Shown here: in pieces, positions 13,359 through 23,328 of the stretch
How the letters are laid out: each line of letters begins with the position of its first letter
Numbering within the stretch: the stretch's first letter is position 1
Origin: an uncultured Acidobacteriota bacterium
Lineage (GTDB): Bacteria; Acidobacteriota; Blastocatellia; RBC074
DNA length: 64,000 nucleotides
Direction: 5' to 3'
Assembly (NCBI GenBank): GCA_963796275.1
Contig: CAWCKY010000002.1
Location: forward strand, 224,001-288,000
Notes under the pieces: model-generated
Databases searched by the model: none
What the model was told of the DNA's origin: nothing
Seen by the model: only the letters and a program-made list of their open reading frames with translations
Program-made: the position numbers and the translations under genes

Positions 13359-13868
13359 AGTGCGGCGAGTCTCAAGGCATCTGGGAGATCTGCGGGACCA
13401 CCCAATTGGTGGGAACGTAGCTACCGACTTTATTACCCCAGTAAGGGCTGAAAGGGACTGTCGAGGTCGGTGGCAGCTCTCATTTTATTAACGATATTAA
13501 GTCTCGGGGATGGGTTCCAGAGCTGATCCGTCACATATGTCACCCATGTTCGCGATGGGTGCAAACTGCGTGATCGCATCGCGCGATATACTGGAACAGG
13601 CGTCAGAACCCTACCTTGCCGCCAGTCCCTCGCGCATCACACCCCGGCATGTTCATCCGCTACCCCGATTCGAATCATGGCGGCTGGACGCCGTGGAATG
13701 CATTGCATCGCTACCATCACGAATTGAATTGGTGGGAGAAGTAATTTGAGCGTTAAGTCATCTTCCGGGCATTAACACGCCAATGTATAGGTTTGCATAA
13801 TACCTCATACCGACATCGAACCAGCGGTGGGAGGTCAAATAGTTTTTCATATGCCTGGGCAAAACCAC

Positions 13869-14228
13869 TCAGCGGCGCCTACGCCTCTTGGGCGTTGGGG
13901 ATGGCTTCTCCTCGACCACCTTGCGCAGCCTATCAATCGCCTGGTCCCAGCTGGCCGAGATCATTTCGAGGAAAATTTTCGCTTCATCAAGTCGCCGCAC
14001 TTCAATCGCGTATAGCACTTCACGACCGCGTTTCTCGTGTGTAACTAAGCCAGCGCCCTCAAGCACCTGCAGGTGCTTCACGATCGCCTGCCTCGTCACC
14101 CCCGCACCGTCGGTGAGGACTGTGGCAGAAAATGCCCCCGCTCTGAGTTTGCTCAATATCGATAGGCGGGTTTCGTCACCAAGCGCGAAGAAGATATCGG
14201 CGACAACCGAATCAGATGCCTTCGACAT
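13869..14228 (-). CDS. ArsR/SmtB-family regulator
   Basis: IFFALGDETRLSILSKL...VTRQAIVKHLQVLEGAGLV..EKRGRE; overlaps the SRPBCC gene end. Confidence 0.9.
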   Translation of the reverse strand: MSKASDSVVADIFFALGDETRLSILSKLRAGAFSATVLTDGAGVTRQAIVKHLQVLEGAGLVTHEKRGREVLYAIEVRRLDEAKIFLEMISASWDQAIDRLRKVVEEKPSPTPKRRRRR

Positions 14229-14730
14229 ACTTCTCGATATTCTCCACCTGGCCGGCCCATCCGCCATCGTTCATGCGGAATGCACGTTCGCGCCGATGCG
14301 CAGGCACGCGGTCGAACCCAGATTCTACGATTGTTAGCCGCGTGCCCTCTTCGACTTTCTCCAGACGAAATTCGACCAGTGTAGTTGGTTCTGACTCCGG
14401 ATCCACCTCAGCATCGATACTGTACGGTATCCAACGGAAGCTGAAGTATCGCTCCGGTTCGATGCGCTCGACTGTGCAGAAAACTATACTGCTCTCCGGC
14501 AGTTTCACCTTTGAGGGCGAAAGTCCGAGCTTCTTTTGATAATCGAGGATAGCGGCTTCATTGAGCCGCGCGTCGAAGGTGCCTCTGATCGGCCGGCCCA
14601 CGACGAAATCATCTTCGAGATTAATGCCGAACCAACGCCCGAACTCCTTGGAGTTGGCGATGGCCTGCCAAACGCGCGATACTGGGGCGCGCAAGATAAC
14701 CTGCTTCTCTATTTTGTCGAACGAATTCAT
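14212..14730 (-). CDS. SRPBCC/AHSA1-like ligand-binding protein
   Basis: IEKQVILRAPVSRVWQAI...TLVEFRLEKVEEGTRLTIVESGF...GW; AGGAGG RBS. Confidence 0.9.
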   Translation of the reverse strand: MNSFDKIEKQVILRAPVSRVWQAIANSKEFGRWFGINLEDDFVVGRPIRGTFDARLNEAAILDYQKKLGLSPSKVKLPESSIVFCTVERIEPERYFSFRWIPYSIDAEVDPESEPTTLVEFRLEKVEEGTRLTIVESGFDRVPAHRRERAFRMNDGGWAGQVENIEKYVEGI

Positions 14731-14791
14731 ATGCAACCTCCTAGTTGCATATTAGCATTGGGGCGCCACACATGCAACCAGATGATTGCAC
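14729..14791. promoter_or_regulatory. Two palindromic operators (ATGCAACC-N4-rrTTGCAy), probable ArsR autorepression sites
   Basis: ATATGCAACCTCCTAGTTGCATAT at 14729-14752 (covers the RBS) and ATGCAACCAGATGATTGCAC at 14772-14791. Confidence 0.75.
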
Positions 14792-15065
14792 AATTTGGCA
14801 TGTTTCTTGATCAGACCTCAGAAAGCAGAGATATCGATCCTCGAATAGTACTCTTCCTCGCAGTCACATCTGCATACGCCGATTGTCCTCCCTCCAAATT
14901 CTGCCGTCACGCCGGAAAGCGGTCTTGCCACCGATCTCCTCAGCGTTTCCTCCGGTTTCTCCATGCTGGCATGTTAAGTTTCCGCCGAAGAGCCAAGCAT
15001 ATACAGCAGATCGGCAGATTCAGCAGTAATGAGCGGTCGAATACTCGAAATAAGAGCTTCATTCT

Positions 15066-15560
15066 TTAGCGTGTCTTTTCGGTCCACTGTTGTGCCTCGG
15101 TAGACTTCAACCACTCGCCCGCCACTTGTCTGGTGGCGGCGTTTACGCGGTTCCAGAAGTTGATCAGGGCGATGTTGAGGACCAGAACCGCAAGTTGCGG
15201 CTCGGCGTAATGACGTGCGGCTTCTGCCCAAATCTCATCGGACACCGCGTCGCCACGGTCGCTGAGCCGGGTGGCGGCTTCGGTGAGCGCTAACGCGGCC
15301 CGCTCGGCTTCAGTGAAGTAGGGCGCCTCTCGCCAGGCTGCTACTGCAAAAAGGCGTTCATCCGTCTCGGCGGCTTTCTTGAGGTCGCGAGCATGCATGT
15401 CAACGCAGACGCTACAGCCATTGATCTGGCTCGCTCGCAGATAGATGAGATCAAGAGTCCGGGACGGCACATCACCCGTTTTCGCGGCTGCCCCCAGGGC
15501 ATAGATGGCCTGCAGAGCTCCGGGGACGATCATCGCGGGATTTTTCATCCTTGATTGCAT
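15066..15560 (-). CDS. Carboxymuconolactone decarboxylase/AhpD-like protein
   Basis: LRASQINGCSVCVDMH and WREAPYFTEAERAAL motifs; divergent from an ECF41 sigma. Confidence 0.92.
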   Translation of the reverse strand: MQSRMKNPAMIVPGALQAIYALGAAAKTGDVPSRTLDLIYLRASQINGCSVCVDMHARDLKKAAETDERLFAVAAWREAPYFTEAERAALALTEAATRLSDRGDAVSDEIWAEAARHYAEPQLAVLVLNIALINFWNRVNAATRQVAGEWLKSTEAQQWTEKTR

Positions 15561-15577
15561 AAAATTATATATCTCCT

Positions 15578-15604
15578 TGTCACAAAGTCTGTATTTTGTT
15601 CGTC
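15578..15604 (+). promoter_or_regulatory. ECF41-type promoter facing the sigma gene
   Basis: Exact TGTCACA-N16-CGTC. Confidence 0.8.
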
Positions 15605-15612
15605 ACCACCAT

Positions 15613-15639
15613 GACGAATGGCGATGGGGAAATGTGACG
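15613..15639 (-). promoter_or_regulatory. ECF41-type promoter facing the CMD gene
   Basis: Minus strand CGTCACA-N16-CGTC. Confidence 0.8.
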
Positions 15640-15732
15640 GAAGGTAGGGTAGAGATAAGAGAGCAATCGCACACACCGCACAACTACGGCAGTCCGTAGA
15701 CTGGCGTGTTGGCTGGAGGCTAAAAGGCGTTA

Positions 15733-16629
15733 ATGAACGTGAACGATCAGGATTGGCTAGCGAAGCGATTTGAGGAGAACCGGAATCATCTACGAGCAGT
15801 GGCCTACCAGATGCTCGGCTCGTTAAGCGAGGCGGATGACGCTGTCCAGGAAACCTGGCTTCGGCTCAGCCGCTCTGACGTCGCTGCCATTGAGAATCTG
15901 TCCGGATGGCTAACGACAGTCGCGGCCCGCGTGTGTCTGGACATACTGCGCTCGCGTAAGTCGCGCGGCGAACTGTCATTTCACACCATGCCTGAGCCCA
16001 TTGTGAGCCGCGAGGATAGAGTCGACCCTGAGCATGAAATGCTGCTGGCCGACTCTGTAGGTCTGGCAATGCTCATTGTGCTCGAAATGCTGTCTCCCGC
16101 TGAGCGGCTTGCGTTCGTGCTCCACGACATGTTCGGCGTCCCGTTCGAGGAGATAGCGTCTATCGTGAATCGCTCCCCGGCTGCGGCACGGCAGCTCGCA
16201 AGTCGCGCTCGCCGCAGAGTACAGGGAGCAGCCACCGTTCCGGACGTCGATATGGCCCGTCAGCGGGAGATTGTCAACGCCTTTCTCGCCGCCGCGCGTA
16301 ACGGCGACTTCGATGGCCTCCTCGCCATACTCGATCCGGATGTCGTGCTGAGAGCCGATCACGGTGCGGAGCAGCCTCCGGGCGCCTTACGAGTGATTCG
16401 AGGCGCACAGGCGGTAGCCAGGCAGGCGCTGACCTTCTCGCAGATTGTCGAGTCTGTGCAACCGGTGCTCGTGAACGGAACGGCGGGAACCATTTCATGG
16501 CTTGCTGGAGGAAGACCGCTTTCCGTTATTGGCTTTACGGTCAGGGGTGGGAAGATCGTCGAAATGGATGTGGTCGCCGACCCTGAGTTGCTCGAGCAAC
16601 TCAGCCTAGGGAGACCTGAACAATTATAG
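15733..16629 (+). CDS. ECF sigma factor with C-terminal SnoaL-like domain (ECF41/SigJ type)
   Basis: AYQMLGSLSEADDAVQETWLR, ERLAFVLHDMF, ARQLASRARRRV, LDPDVVLRAD. Confidence 0.93.
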   Translation: MNVNDQDWLAKRFEENRNHLRAVAYQMLGSLSEADDAVQETWLRLSRSDVAAIENLSGWLTTVAARVCLDILRSRKSRGELSFHTMPEPIVSREDRVDPEHEMLLADSVGLAMLIVLEMLSPAERLAFVLHDMFGVPFEEIASIVNRSPAAARQLASRARRRVQGAATVPDVDMARQREIVNAFLAAARNGDFDGLLAILDPDVVLRADHGAEQPPGALRVIRGAQAVARQALTFSQIVESVQPVLVNGTAGTISWLAGGRPLSVIGFTVRGGKIVEMDVVADPELLEQLSLGRPEQL

Positions 16630-16861
16630 GTATCCACCTGTTGACTCACCTAGAAATCTATCTGAAATAAGTACCCCTTCAAATAGCAGAAATTTTTCGA
16701 TAAAATGAGGAGAGAGTTTCCCCCCACAGCATCAATTTGCATCTGAAATACTCCGTCCTCCTCCTGCTGGTAAAAGATTGATTTCCTCTCTACTTAAACG
16801 CTGAAGCGTTATAGGTGAGGAGTAGTCAATTGCTCGATTCATACGCCGAAAGGGGTCTCCG

Positions 16862-17239
16862 ATGAGCAAGAAAGATCCGAAATTAGTTGTTCTACAATTT
16901 AATGAATGCATAAATTATCGAGATATCCGAGGGCTGTCCTACTTAATGACTGAGGATCATGTTTTCATTGACAGCAATGATGATATTCATAGAGGCAAGG
17001 AATTGATGATCAAGAGATGGGATGAATTTTTCCATCAATTCCCGGATTACCAGAATCATTTTGCGATTGTAGAATCAAGGGAAGACCAGGTGTTCGTCAT
17101 CGGTCATTCAACCTGTTCGTTTAAACCATTAGACGGACCTGCTCTCTGGACAGCAAGGGTGGAAGATGGCATTGTCGCTGAGTGGCATGTTTACCTCGAC
17201 ACGGTTGAAAATCGGGAAAAATTGCACTTGAAAACCTGA
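16862..17239 (+). CDS. SnoaL/NTF2-like protein
   Basis: FNECIN...LMTEDHVFIDS...ARVEDGIVAEWHVYLD pattern. Confidence 0.8.
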   Translation: MSKKDPKLVVLQFNECINYRDIRGLSYLMTEDHVFIDSNDDIHRGKELMIKRWDEFFHQFPDYQNHFAIVESREDQVFVIGHSTCSFKPLDGPALWTARVEDGIVAEWHVYLDTVENREKLHLKT

Positions 17240-17472
17240 TCAGCGGACGACCGATCAATCACTATCACTCTTCTAGTTAACTCACAAGCCCTAATTACTC
17301 GATCAACCGATGCTTCGTCAAAGAGGCTCACAAGCAGTCGCGCTCCAGATGCGTGGATGGTTGATTTCGTAGTGACCCGGGTGACGATGATCAAATAGCT
17401 AGACATTCTGACATCCCCGCACCGAGCATTCCTTCGCGCATATCGTCATCGAAATTCTCACGTAACTGATGC

Positions 17473-17916
17473 GAGATTCTCTCAATCAATGATCATGAAT
17501 TTCTGGTCCTGGAACGAGACAACAGGTCTAACCTGCAAACGCCAACTCAGGCCCCAACGAGAAAAACGATCTACAAGATTGATATCACCGGCGCGACTGA
17601 TGTCTCAGGGATCGATTCCCTTCCTGGCGGCTCGTTGCCTGCGGATATAGTACCCGTCCAGAAGACCTTGTTCATTAACCTGCTGGATCCTACTTTCAAT
17701 CTTGCAGCGACAATTCCGGAGAAGATCGAAGGACTTGCCTGGGGTCCCAATCTTAATGACGGCAGGCATGTGCTCTACGTAATCAGCGACAACGATCTTA
17801 ACCCGAACCTGGATACTCAAATCTACTCTTTTGCGATTGCCCCCTCACTCATTGACTTCGAGAAGCAGTTCATTCCGTTTCCTGTGTATCCGCCGTGGCT
17901 GGTCCCAAGAAACTAA
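17473..17916 (+). pseudogene. C-terminal fragment of an esterase-like/phytase-like beta-propeller protein
   Basis: In frame EILSINDHEFLVLERDNR...IYKIDITGATDVS...PEKIEGLAWGP...VISDND; no 5' part. Confidence 0.75.
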
Positions 17917-17990
17917 TTTTGAATGATAAAGTGAGAACCGAAGAGATCGCTCCGTTCGATCGAAGGCTTCACAAATTCAGGGTGATAATC

Positions 17991-18158
17991 TTAACTATTA
18001 CGATATCGCCATGAGCACAGAACACGCAGTCTGTCGATTGCGGTATCTTTTCCAACCAATGAGGCCCGGTTCGAAGCGCCGGGATCACCGAAAGCGGCCG
18101 CAGTGAGAAATACAATCACGAGCAGGAGCGTAATCAATTTCCAGTCGTTGAGCTTCAT
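17991..18158 (-). pseudogene. Truncated secreted protein (signal peptide only) downstream of fur
   Basis: MKLNDWKLITLLLVIVFLTAAAFG...ASLVGK, then runs into unrelated sequence. Confidence 0.4.
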
Positions 18159-18187
18159 CAAAAAATCGTCCCTTCTTGAATATTCAT

Positions 18188-18628
18188 CTAACCTCGCTTT
18201 GCCTGCTGGCATAGCCGGCAGAGGCCGAAGATTCGCAGGCTGTGATGCGTCGCCTGAAATCCGAATTCATCGATGATTCGATCCTGTTCGCGCTCGATGA
18301 ATTCGTTGAAAAACTCGATCACCAACCCGCAGCCCTCGCAGATCAAATGATCGTGATGCTGCTGTTTGTAGTCGTACTCATAGCGTTTGTGGCTGTCACC
18401 GAATTTCTCTTCGCGAGCCAACCCCGCCTCGACCAGAAGCTTCATCGTGCGGTAGACGGTCGTAAAACCGAGTGTCGGGTCTTTGATTTTGGCTCGTTTA
18501 TGAATCTCTTCCACTGAGAGATGGCCTTCAGCGCCCTGAAAAACATCCAATATCAGATCGCGCTGACTCGTGACTTTGTTCCCTGTCCGTCGAAGGAAAC
18601 TGTGAAATATGTCCTTTTCTTCACCCAT
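18188..18628 (-). CDS. fur: Fur-family metalloregulator
   Basis: TSQRDLIL, HLSVEEI, TVYRTMKLL, HHDHLICEGCG, GLCRLC; metal specificity not determinable. Confidence 0.93.
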   Translation of the reverse strand: MGEEKDIFHSFLRRTGNKVTSQRDLILDVFQGAEGHLSVEEIHKRAKIKDPTLGFTTVYRTMKLLVEAGLAREEKFGDSHKRYEYDYKQQHHDHLICEGCGLVIEFFNEFIEREQDRIIDEFGFQATHHSLRIFGLCRLCQQAKRG

Positions 18629-18814
18629 CGCTATACTGCCTTTAATGCTCAGTCTCGCGTCCTGGCTACGTATAAAAATGCAGCCTTCTCTCTATATCGC
18701 TTACATTGGATGAAACGTGATCTGTGGTAATTGAAATTACGGATGGGAAATGTCAGGATGCTGCCTGCACATAGCCCGTAATGTTCGCCAGAACAGACCG
18801 GATGCTTGTGTTAC

Positions 18815-18855
18815 AAAGCCTTTAGCGTTGCCGCGCTGAAGGCTTTCTTGTTTTA
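18815..18855 (+). terminator. Intrinsic terminator-like hairpin with T-rich tail
   Basis: AAAGCCTTTAGCG / CGCTGAAGGCTTT stem followed by cttgtttt. Confidence 0.5.
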
Positions 18856-18952
18856 TCTTATCTTTAACCGATCGCGTGCTATTCCGAACTGCGAACCGTT
18901 TTTTCGATTAGATCGATCATCTAAACCTCAAAAGGTTATTTCCCCGATGATA

Positions 18953-18969
18953 TTGAAATCCATTTTCAA
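18953..18969. promoter_or_regulatory. Fur-box-like palindrome upstream of fur
   Basis: TTGAAA-TCCAT-TTTCAA. Confidence 0.55.
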
Positions 18970-19614
18970 GGTGGAAGGATAATATGGACGAATGATATTA
19001 AAGTCAAGAATTTAATAAGTGATCTAGAAATTCCTGGGCCGCTCGTTATGACGGCTGTGAAGGTGTGGGAGGGCACTTCAGCAATCAAAGAGAGTTAACA
19101 ATTAGCAGTTCCAGCCTGGGATGAGCTCGATAAACGCAATCACGTTTGAATAACTCATACGCATTTCCCAACATGATGACCTATGATTGCACTAGCAACG
19201 CCGAGGACGAGCAGTCTTAACTGTTTTGTAGCTGTTACGTAACCGTAAAGTCGTTGACACATCCAAGCATACTTCATCATTCTGTAGTTATGTGAGGAGT
19301 CTGCGAATTAAACCTGGGTCGATCCGATACACGAAGTTCGGCGAACAGCAGCGGCTACAACGCTTTCCAAGGTTCGTTAAAGATGCGTCAAGCCGCAGGA
19401 CTCCAAAGCTTTTCGGCTCTGGCTGATCTCAGTACATTCAATCAGCATCCATAGGTATATCCCTCTACCTATTAGTGTTCGCAAAACATGTTTGTGGCGA
19501 CAATATAAGTATAAGAGAAGATCGATCACTGCGTAGGGGTGGGCATGATTTCTTTGTGCCCCATTCATTAATCACTAAGTTCTATACGTCAGCTAACCCC
19601 AGTCAGGAGGAACC

Positions 19615-22515
19615 ATGCACCAGAAGCACCATTCAGTTCCATTCAGAATCGGCCGCACCATATTAGTTCTATTAACATCCTGCATCATATTCAGTACGGT
19701 GAGAGTCCAGACCGTATTGGTCGGTGCCGGCAGCTACAACACTGCTTGGCCTGGTAAATTTTCAGCTTCTCCACATGTCCAAACCTCCAACCTGATCTCG
19801 CAAGGACGCCCGGTCGTAGCCTCTTCGGCAGAAGGGCCCTTCGCGGCTGCCAATGCCGTCGACGGCAACGCCGGCACCCGCTGGGGCAGCGCCTTCACCA
19901 ACAACGAGTGGATATACGTCGATCTGGGCTCCACTTTCACCATCAGCCGCGTGGCCCTGAACTGGGAAGCCGCCTATGGCAGCGGCTATCAGATCCAGGT
20001 CTCAAGCGACGCGACGACCTGGACCACCGTCTTCACCACCACCACCGGCAACGGTGCCATCGATGATCTCTCCGTCTCCGGATCCGGTCGTTATGTCCGT
20101 ATGCTCGGGACCGCCCGCGCCACACAGTGGGGCTATTCCCTCTTCGAGCTCCAGGTCTTCGGCACCCCCGGTGGCGGCACCCTGCTCTCGCAAGGACGCC
20201 CGGTCGTAGCCTCTTCGGCGGAAGGACCCTTCGCGGCTGCCAATGCCGTCGACGGCAACGCCGGCACCCGCTGGGGCAGCGCCTTCACCAACAACGAGTG
20301 GATATACGTCGATCTGGGCTCCACCGCCACCATCAGCCGCGTGGTACTGAACTGGGAAGCCGCCTATGGCAGCGGCTATCAGATACAGGTCTCCAATAAC
20401 GCGACAACCTGGACCACCATCTTCACCACCACCACCGGCAACGGTGCCATGGATGACCTCTCCGTCTCCGGATCCGGTCGTTACGTCCGCATGCTCGGGA
20501 CCGCGCGCGCCACACCGTGGGGCTATTCCCTCTTCGAGTTCCAGGTCTTCGGCACCTCCGGCGGCGGCACGTGCGCCACGCTGCCAGGGGCGCCCACCGC
20601 CCTAAGCGCCGCGATCGTGAGCAGCACCAGTGTCACACTCAGCTGGACCGCTCCCAACCCCGGCGCCAACTGTACCATCACCAGTTACCGGGTGTTCCGG
20701 GACGGCGTGCAGGTGGCCACCCCCGCCGGCACCAGCGCGCTTATCAGCGGCCTGACCGCCAATACCACTTACTCCTTCACGGTCGTAGCCGTGAACGCCT
20801 TCGGAGCCGGCCCGCAGAGCGGCGCGCTCTCCGTCACAACCTCCGGCGGCTCCAGCAATCCCAACTTCGGACCCAATGTGGTCATCTTCGATACGTCGAT
20901 GCCGATGGGCACCATTCAGAGCCAGATCAACAGCATCTTCGCCGTGCAGCAGAACAACCAGTTTGGCACGCCGCGTACGGCCATACTCTTCAAGCCTGGC
21001 ACATACAACGTAGACATCCCCATCGGCTTTTTCACCCACATCAGCGGTCTGGGCGCATTCCCTGATGACGTCACCGTCTCGAACGTACACTCCGACGCGG
21101 TGCTGCCCAACTTTAACGGCACACAGAACTTCTGGCGAGGGGTGGAGAACTTCTCGGTCACCCCGACCGGCGCCGGCATGAAGTGGGCGGTCTCCCAGGC
21201 GTGTCCCTTTCGCCGCATGCACATTCGTGGTAACAACTTGAATCTCCACGATAACTTCGGCTGGGTGAGCGGCGGGTGGATATCCGACTCCGTCGTCGAC
21301 TTCGACGTGGGGTCCATCTCTCAGCAGCAGTGGATATCCCGCAACGCGCAGTGGGGCAGCTGGACTGGCAATGTCTGGAACATGGTGTTCGTGGGCATCC
21401 CCAACAACCTGCCCGGCGGAGTTTGGCCCACCGCCGCCAACACCTTCATCAACCCCACCCCCATCTCGCGCGAAAAACCGTTCCTCTGGCTCAACGGCGC
21501 GAACTACGAGGTCTACGTTCCGAACCTTCGCACCAACACCAATGGCATCACGTGGGGCGCTGGCCAGACCCCCGGCACCTCTATTCCGCTCGACCAGTTC
21601 TACGTGGCTCGGGCAGGCGTTGATACAGCCGCCACTATGAACGCCGCCCTCAACGCCGGCCGGAACCTACTCCTCACGCCCGGCATCTACGACCTCAACG
21701 TTCCCATTCAGGTCAATCGCCCCAACGCCATCGTGATGGGGATGGGCTATGCCACCTTGCGGCCCACCGCCGGCAATGCGGTCCTCACCACCGCCGACGT
21801 GGATGGGGTGAAGCTCGCTCACATCTTCGTCGACGCGGGCGCGATCAACTCGCCTGTCCTGGTCCAGATCGGCCCTCCGGGGAGCAACGCCAACCACGCT
21901 GCCAATCCGATCACGATCCACGACCTGTTCATCCGCGTCGGAGGAGCGACCGTTGGCCGGGCCAACGTCAGCCTTCAGATCAACAGCGACAACACCCTGC
22001 TCGACCACACCTGGCTCTGGCGCGCCGACCACGGCAATGCCGGAACGGTGGGCTGGGAGATCAACACTGCCGCAAATGGATTGGTGGTAAACGGCGACAA
22101 CGTCACCGCCTATGGCCTCTTCGTCGAGCACTTCCAGGAGTATCAAACCATCTGGAACGGCAACGGAGGCAGGACTTACTTCTACCAGTCCGAGATCCCT
22201 TATGATCCACCGCAAAACCGCCAGGATCTCTGGACCTCTGCACCAGGCGTTAACGGCTGGGCCTCGTACAAGGTGGCCGATTCCGTCACCAGTCACGAGG
22301 CCTGGGGAATGGGGATATACGCGGTGTTCCTCGTTACGGGCCAGCGGCTGACCCGCGCCATCGAGACCCCGGTCAACCCCAACGTGCGCTTCCATCACCT
22401 GGTGACCGTCAACCTGACCGTGAACGGCGGGATAGATAATGTCATCAACAACACCGGCGGCGGGACGGCTCCCGGGATCGCAGTCAACACGCCGCGCGTC
22501 ACCGACTTTCCATAA
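19615..22515 (+). CDS. Secreted modular glycoside hydrolase: 2x F5/8 type C (CBM32) + FN3 + GH55-like beta-1,3-glucanase
   Basis: AVDGNAGTRWGS...WIYVDLG repeats; FN3 (VTLSWTAP, YSFTVVAVN); catalytic region TQNFWRGVEN, WAVSQACPFRRMH, WLWRADHG, GLFVEHFQEY, FYQSEIPYD; AGGAGG RBS. Confidence 0.88.
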   Translation: MHQKHHSVPFRIGRTILVLLTSCIIFSTVRVQTVLVGAGSYNTAWPGKFSASPHVQTSNLISQGRPVVASSAEGPFAAANAVDGNAGTRWGSAFTNNEWIYVDLGSTFTISRVALNWEAAYGSGYQIQVSSDATTWTTVFTTTTGNGAIDDLSVSGSGRYVRMLGTARATQWGYSLFELQVFGTPGGGTLLSQGRPVVASSAEGPFAAANAVDGNAGTRWGSAFTNNEWIYVDLGSTATISRVVLNWEAAYGSGYQIQVSNNATTWTTIFTTTTGNGAMDDLSVSGSGRYVRMLGTARATPWGYSLFEFQVFGTSGGGTCATLPGAPTALSAAIVSSTSVTLSWTAPNPGANCTITSYRVFRDGVQVATPAGTSALISGLTANTTYSFTVVAVNAFGAGPQSGALSVTTSGGSSNPNFGPNVVIFDTSMPMGTIQSQINSIFAVQQNNQFGTPRTAILFKPGTYNVDIPIGFFTHISGLGAFPDDVTVSNVHSDAVLPNFNGTQNFWRGVENFSVTPTGAGMKWAVSQACPFRRMHIRGNNLNLHDNFGWVSGGWISDSVVDFDVGSISQQQWISRNAQWGSWTGNVWNMVFVGIPNNLPGGVWPTAANTFINPTPISREKPFLWLNGANYEVYVPNLRTNTNGITWGAGQTPGTSIPLDQFYVARAGVDTAATMNAALNAGRNLLLTPGIYDLNVPIQVNRPNAIVMGMGYATLRPTAGNAVLTTADVDGVKLAHIFVDAGAINSPVLVQIGPPGSNANHAANPITIHDLFIRVGGATVGRANVSLQINSDNTLLDHTWLWRADHGNAGTVGWEINTAANGLVVNGDNVTAYGLFVEHFQEYQTIWNGNGGRTYFYQSEIPYDPPQNRQDLWTSAPGVNGWASYKVADSVTSHEAWGMGIYAVFLVTGQRLTRAIETPVNPNVRFHHLVTVNLTVNGGIDNVINNTGGGTAPGIAVNTPRVTDFP
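19792..20565 (+). repeat. Near-identical 390-bp tandem duplication (two CBM32 domains)
   Basis: Units start at 19792 (ctgatctcgcaaggacg) and 20182 (ctgctctcgcaaggacg). Confidence 0.95.
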
Positions 22516-22546
22516 TGGACGTGCCGGAATCATAAGCGGTATCAGA

Positions 22547-22581
22547 GAGGGGCCCCGAGACTAGCGGTTTCGGGGCCCCTC
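22547..22581. terminator. GC-rich hairpin between convergent genes
   Basis: GAGGGGCCCCGAGAC-tagcg-GTTTCGGGGCCCCTC. Confidence 0.75.
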
Positions 22582-22662
22582 AAGATTCAGCCGGTCATCC
22601 GACGCCGTTGCCCCGTGCGCGGCTATCGGCATCTTCCTGAATTCTCTATCTAGATGCACTGC

Positions 22663-23328
22663 TCACCGGCATCTGGTCTTCTCCAGAAACTGCAGCAGGA
22701 CGTTGCCACCAACGGCATCCGTAAATCCGAATTGCGCGCGTACAGCCATTCCAAGCAACGCGCCGTCAACAGCTGATATAAGCTGCCCGCCGGATGCGCC
22801 GGGCACAACCGGAACCTTTGCTGTTACTTCCCCTGGTGGGGTTATGAGAACGCTACCCCAGGTAATCACCGAACGCTCTCCACGAGGATTACTGCCCACA
22901 GCAAACACTGGTTCGCCCGTGCTTGAGTTCGTTCTGATGGCAATATTGTCGGTAGTTTTGGGGAGCGGCACGAGCAATCGCAGCAAGTCTTGCTCTGGAT
23001 CCGCGCCCCGGATCTCCGCCTCTACGCCGTCTACTTGCACGACCTTGCTTTCGCGCTTAGCTCTACCAGACTTACAACGCATGAGGTGATAGGCGGTAAC
23101 TACCTCCGCCTTCCCTTCCTCTCGATAACCAGTAAGAAACCCGCTGCCGAGTTTGCACTCGCTGGTCACCAACACGAAGCGATCTTTGGCAGAGCTAACA
23201 TAGTCCGGTTTACTAAGGCTGATAGCTCTTTCCGGCATGTATAAGGTCAGTATAAGGGCCAAACCCAAGGCCACTCTTAACCCTCTTATTCTTCTCGTAA
23301 GTCCCGTCAGTTTCATCCGCATCGCCAT
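22663..23328 (-). CDS. Trypsin-like serine protease (no PDZ domain)
   Basis: GSGF, VTAYHL (His), QDLLRL (Asp), PGASGG (Ser); N-terminal hydrophobic segment. Confidence 0.82.
   Translation of the reverse strand: MAMRMKLTGLTRRIRGLRVALGLALILTLYMPERAISLSKPDYVSSAKDRFVLVTSECKLGSGFLTGYREEGKAEVVTAYHLMRCKSGRAKRESKVVQVDGVEAEIRGADPEQDLLRLLVPLPKTTDNIAIRTNSSTGEPVFAVGSNPRGERSVITWGSVLITPPGEVTAKVPVVPGASGGQLISAVDGALLGMAVRAQFGFTDAVGGNVLLQFLEKTRCR

Noticed and set aside
19792-20565. Long direct repeats as a possible CRISPR array or mobile-element ends
   Set aside because: In-frame 390-bp domain duplication with no spacers and no cas genes
21667-22533. 288-aa antisense ORF (likewise 6835..7590 +, 34992..35675 +, 55283..55762 -)
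   Set aside because: Shadow ORFs opposite well-supported GC-rich genes, with no recognisable motifs
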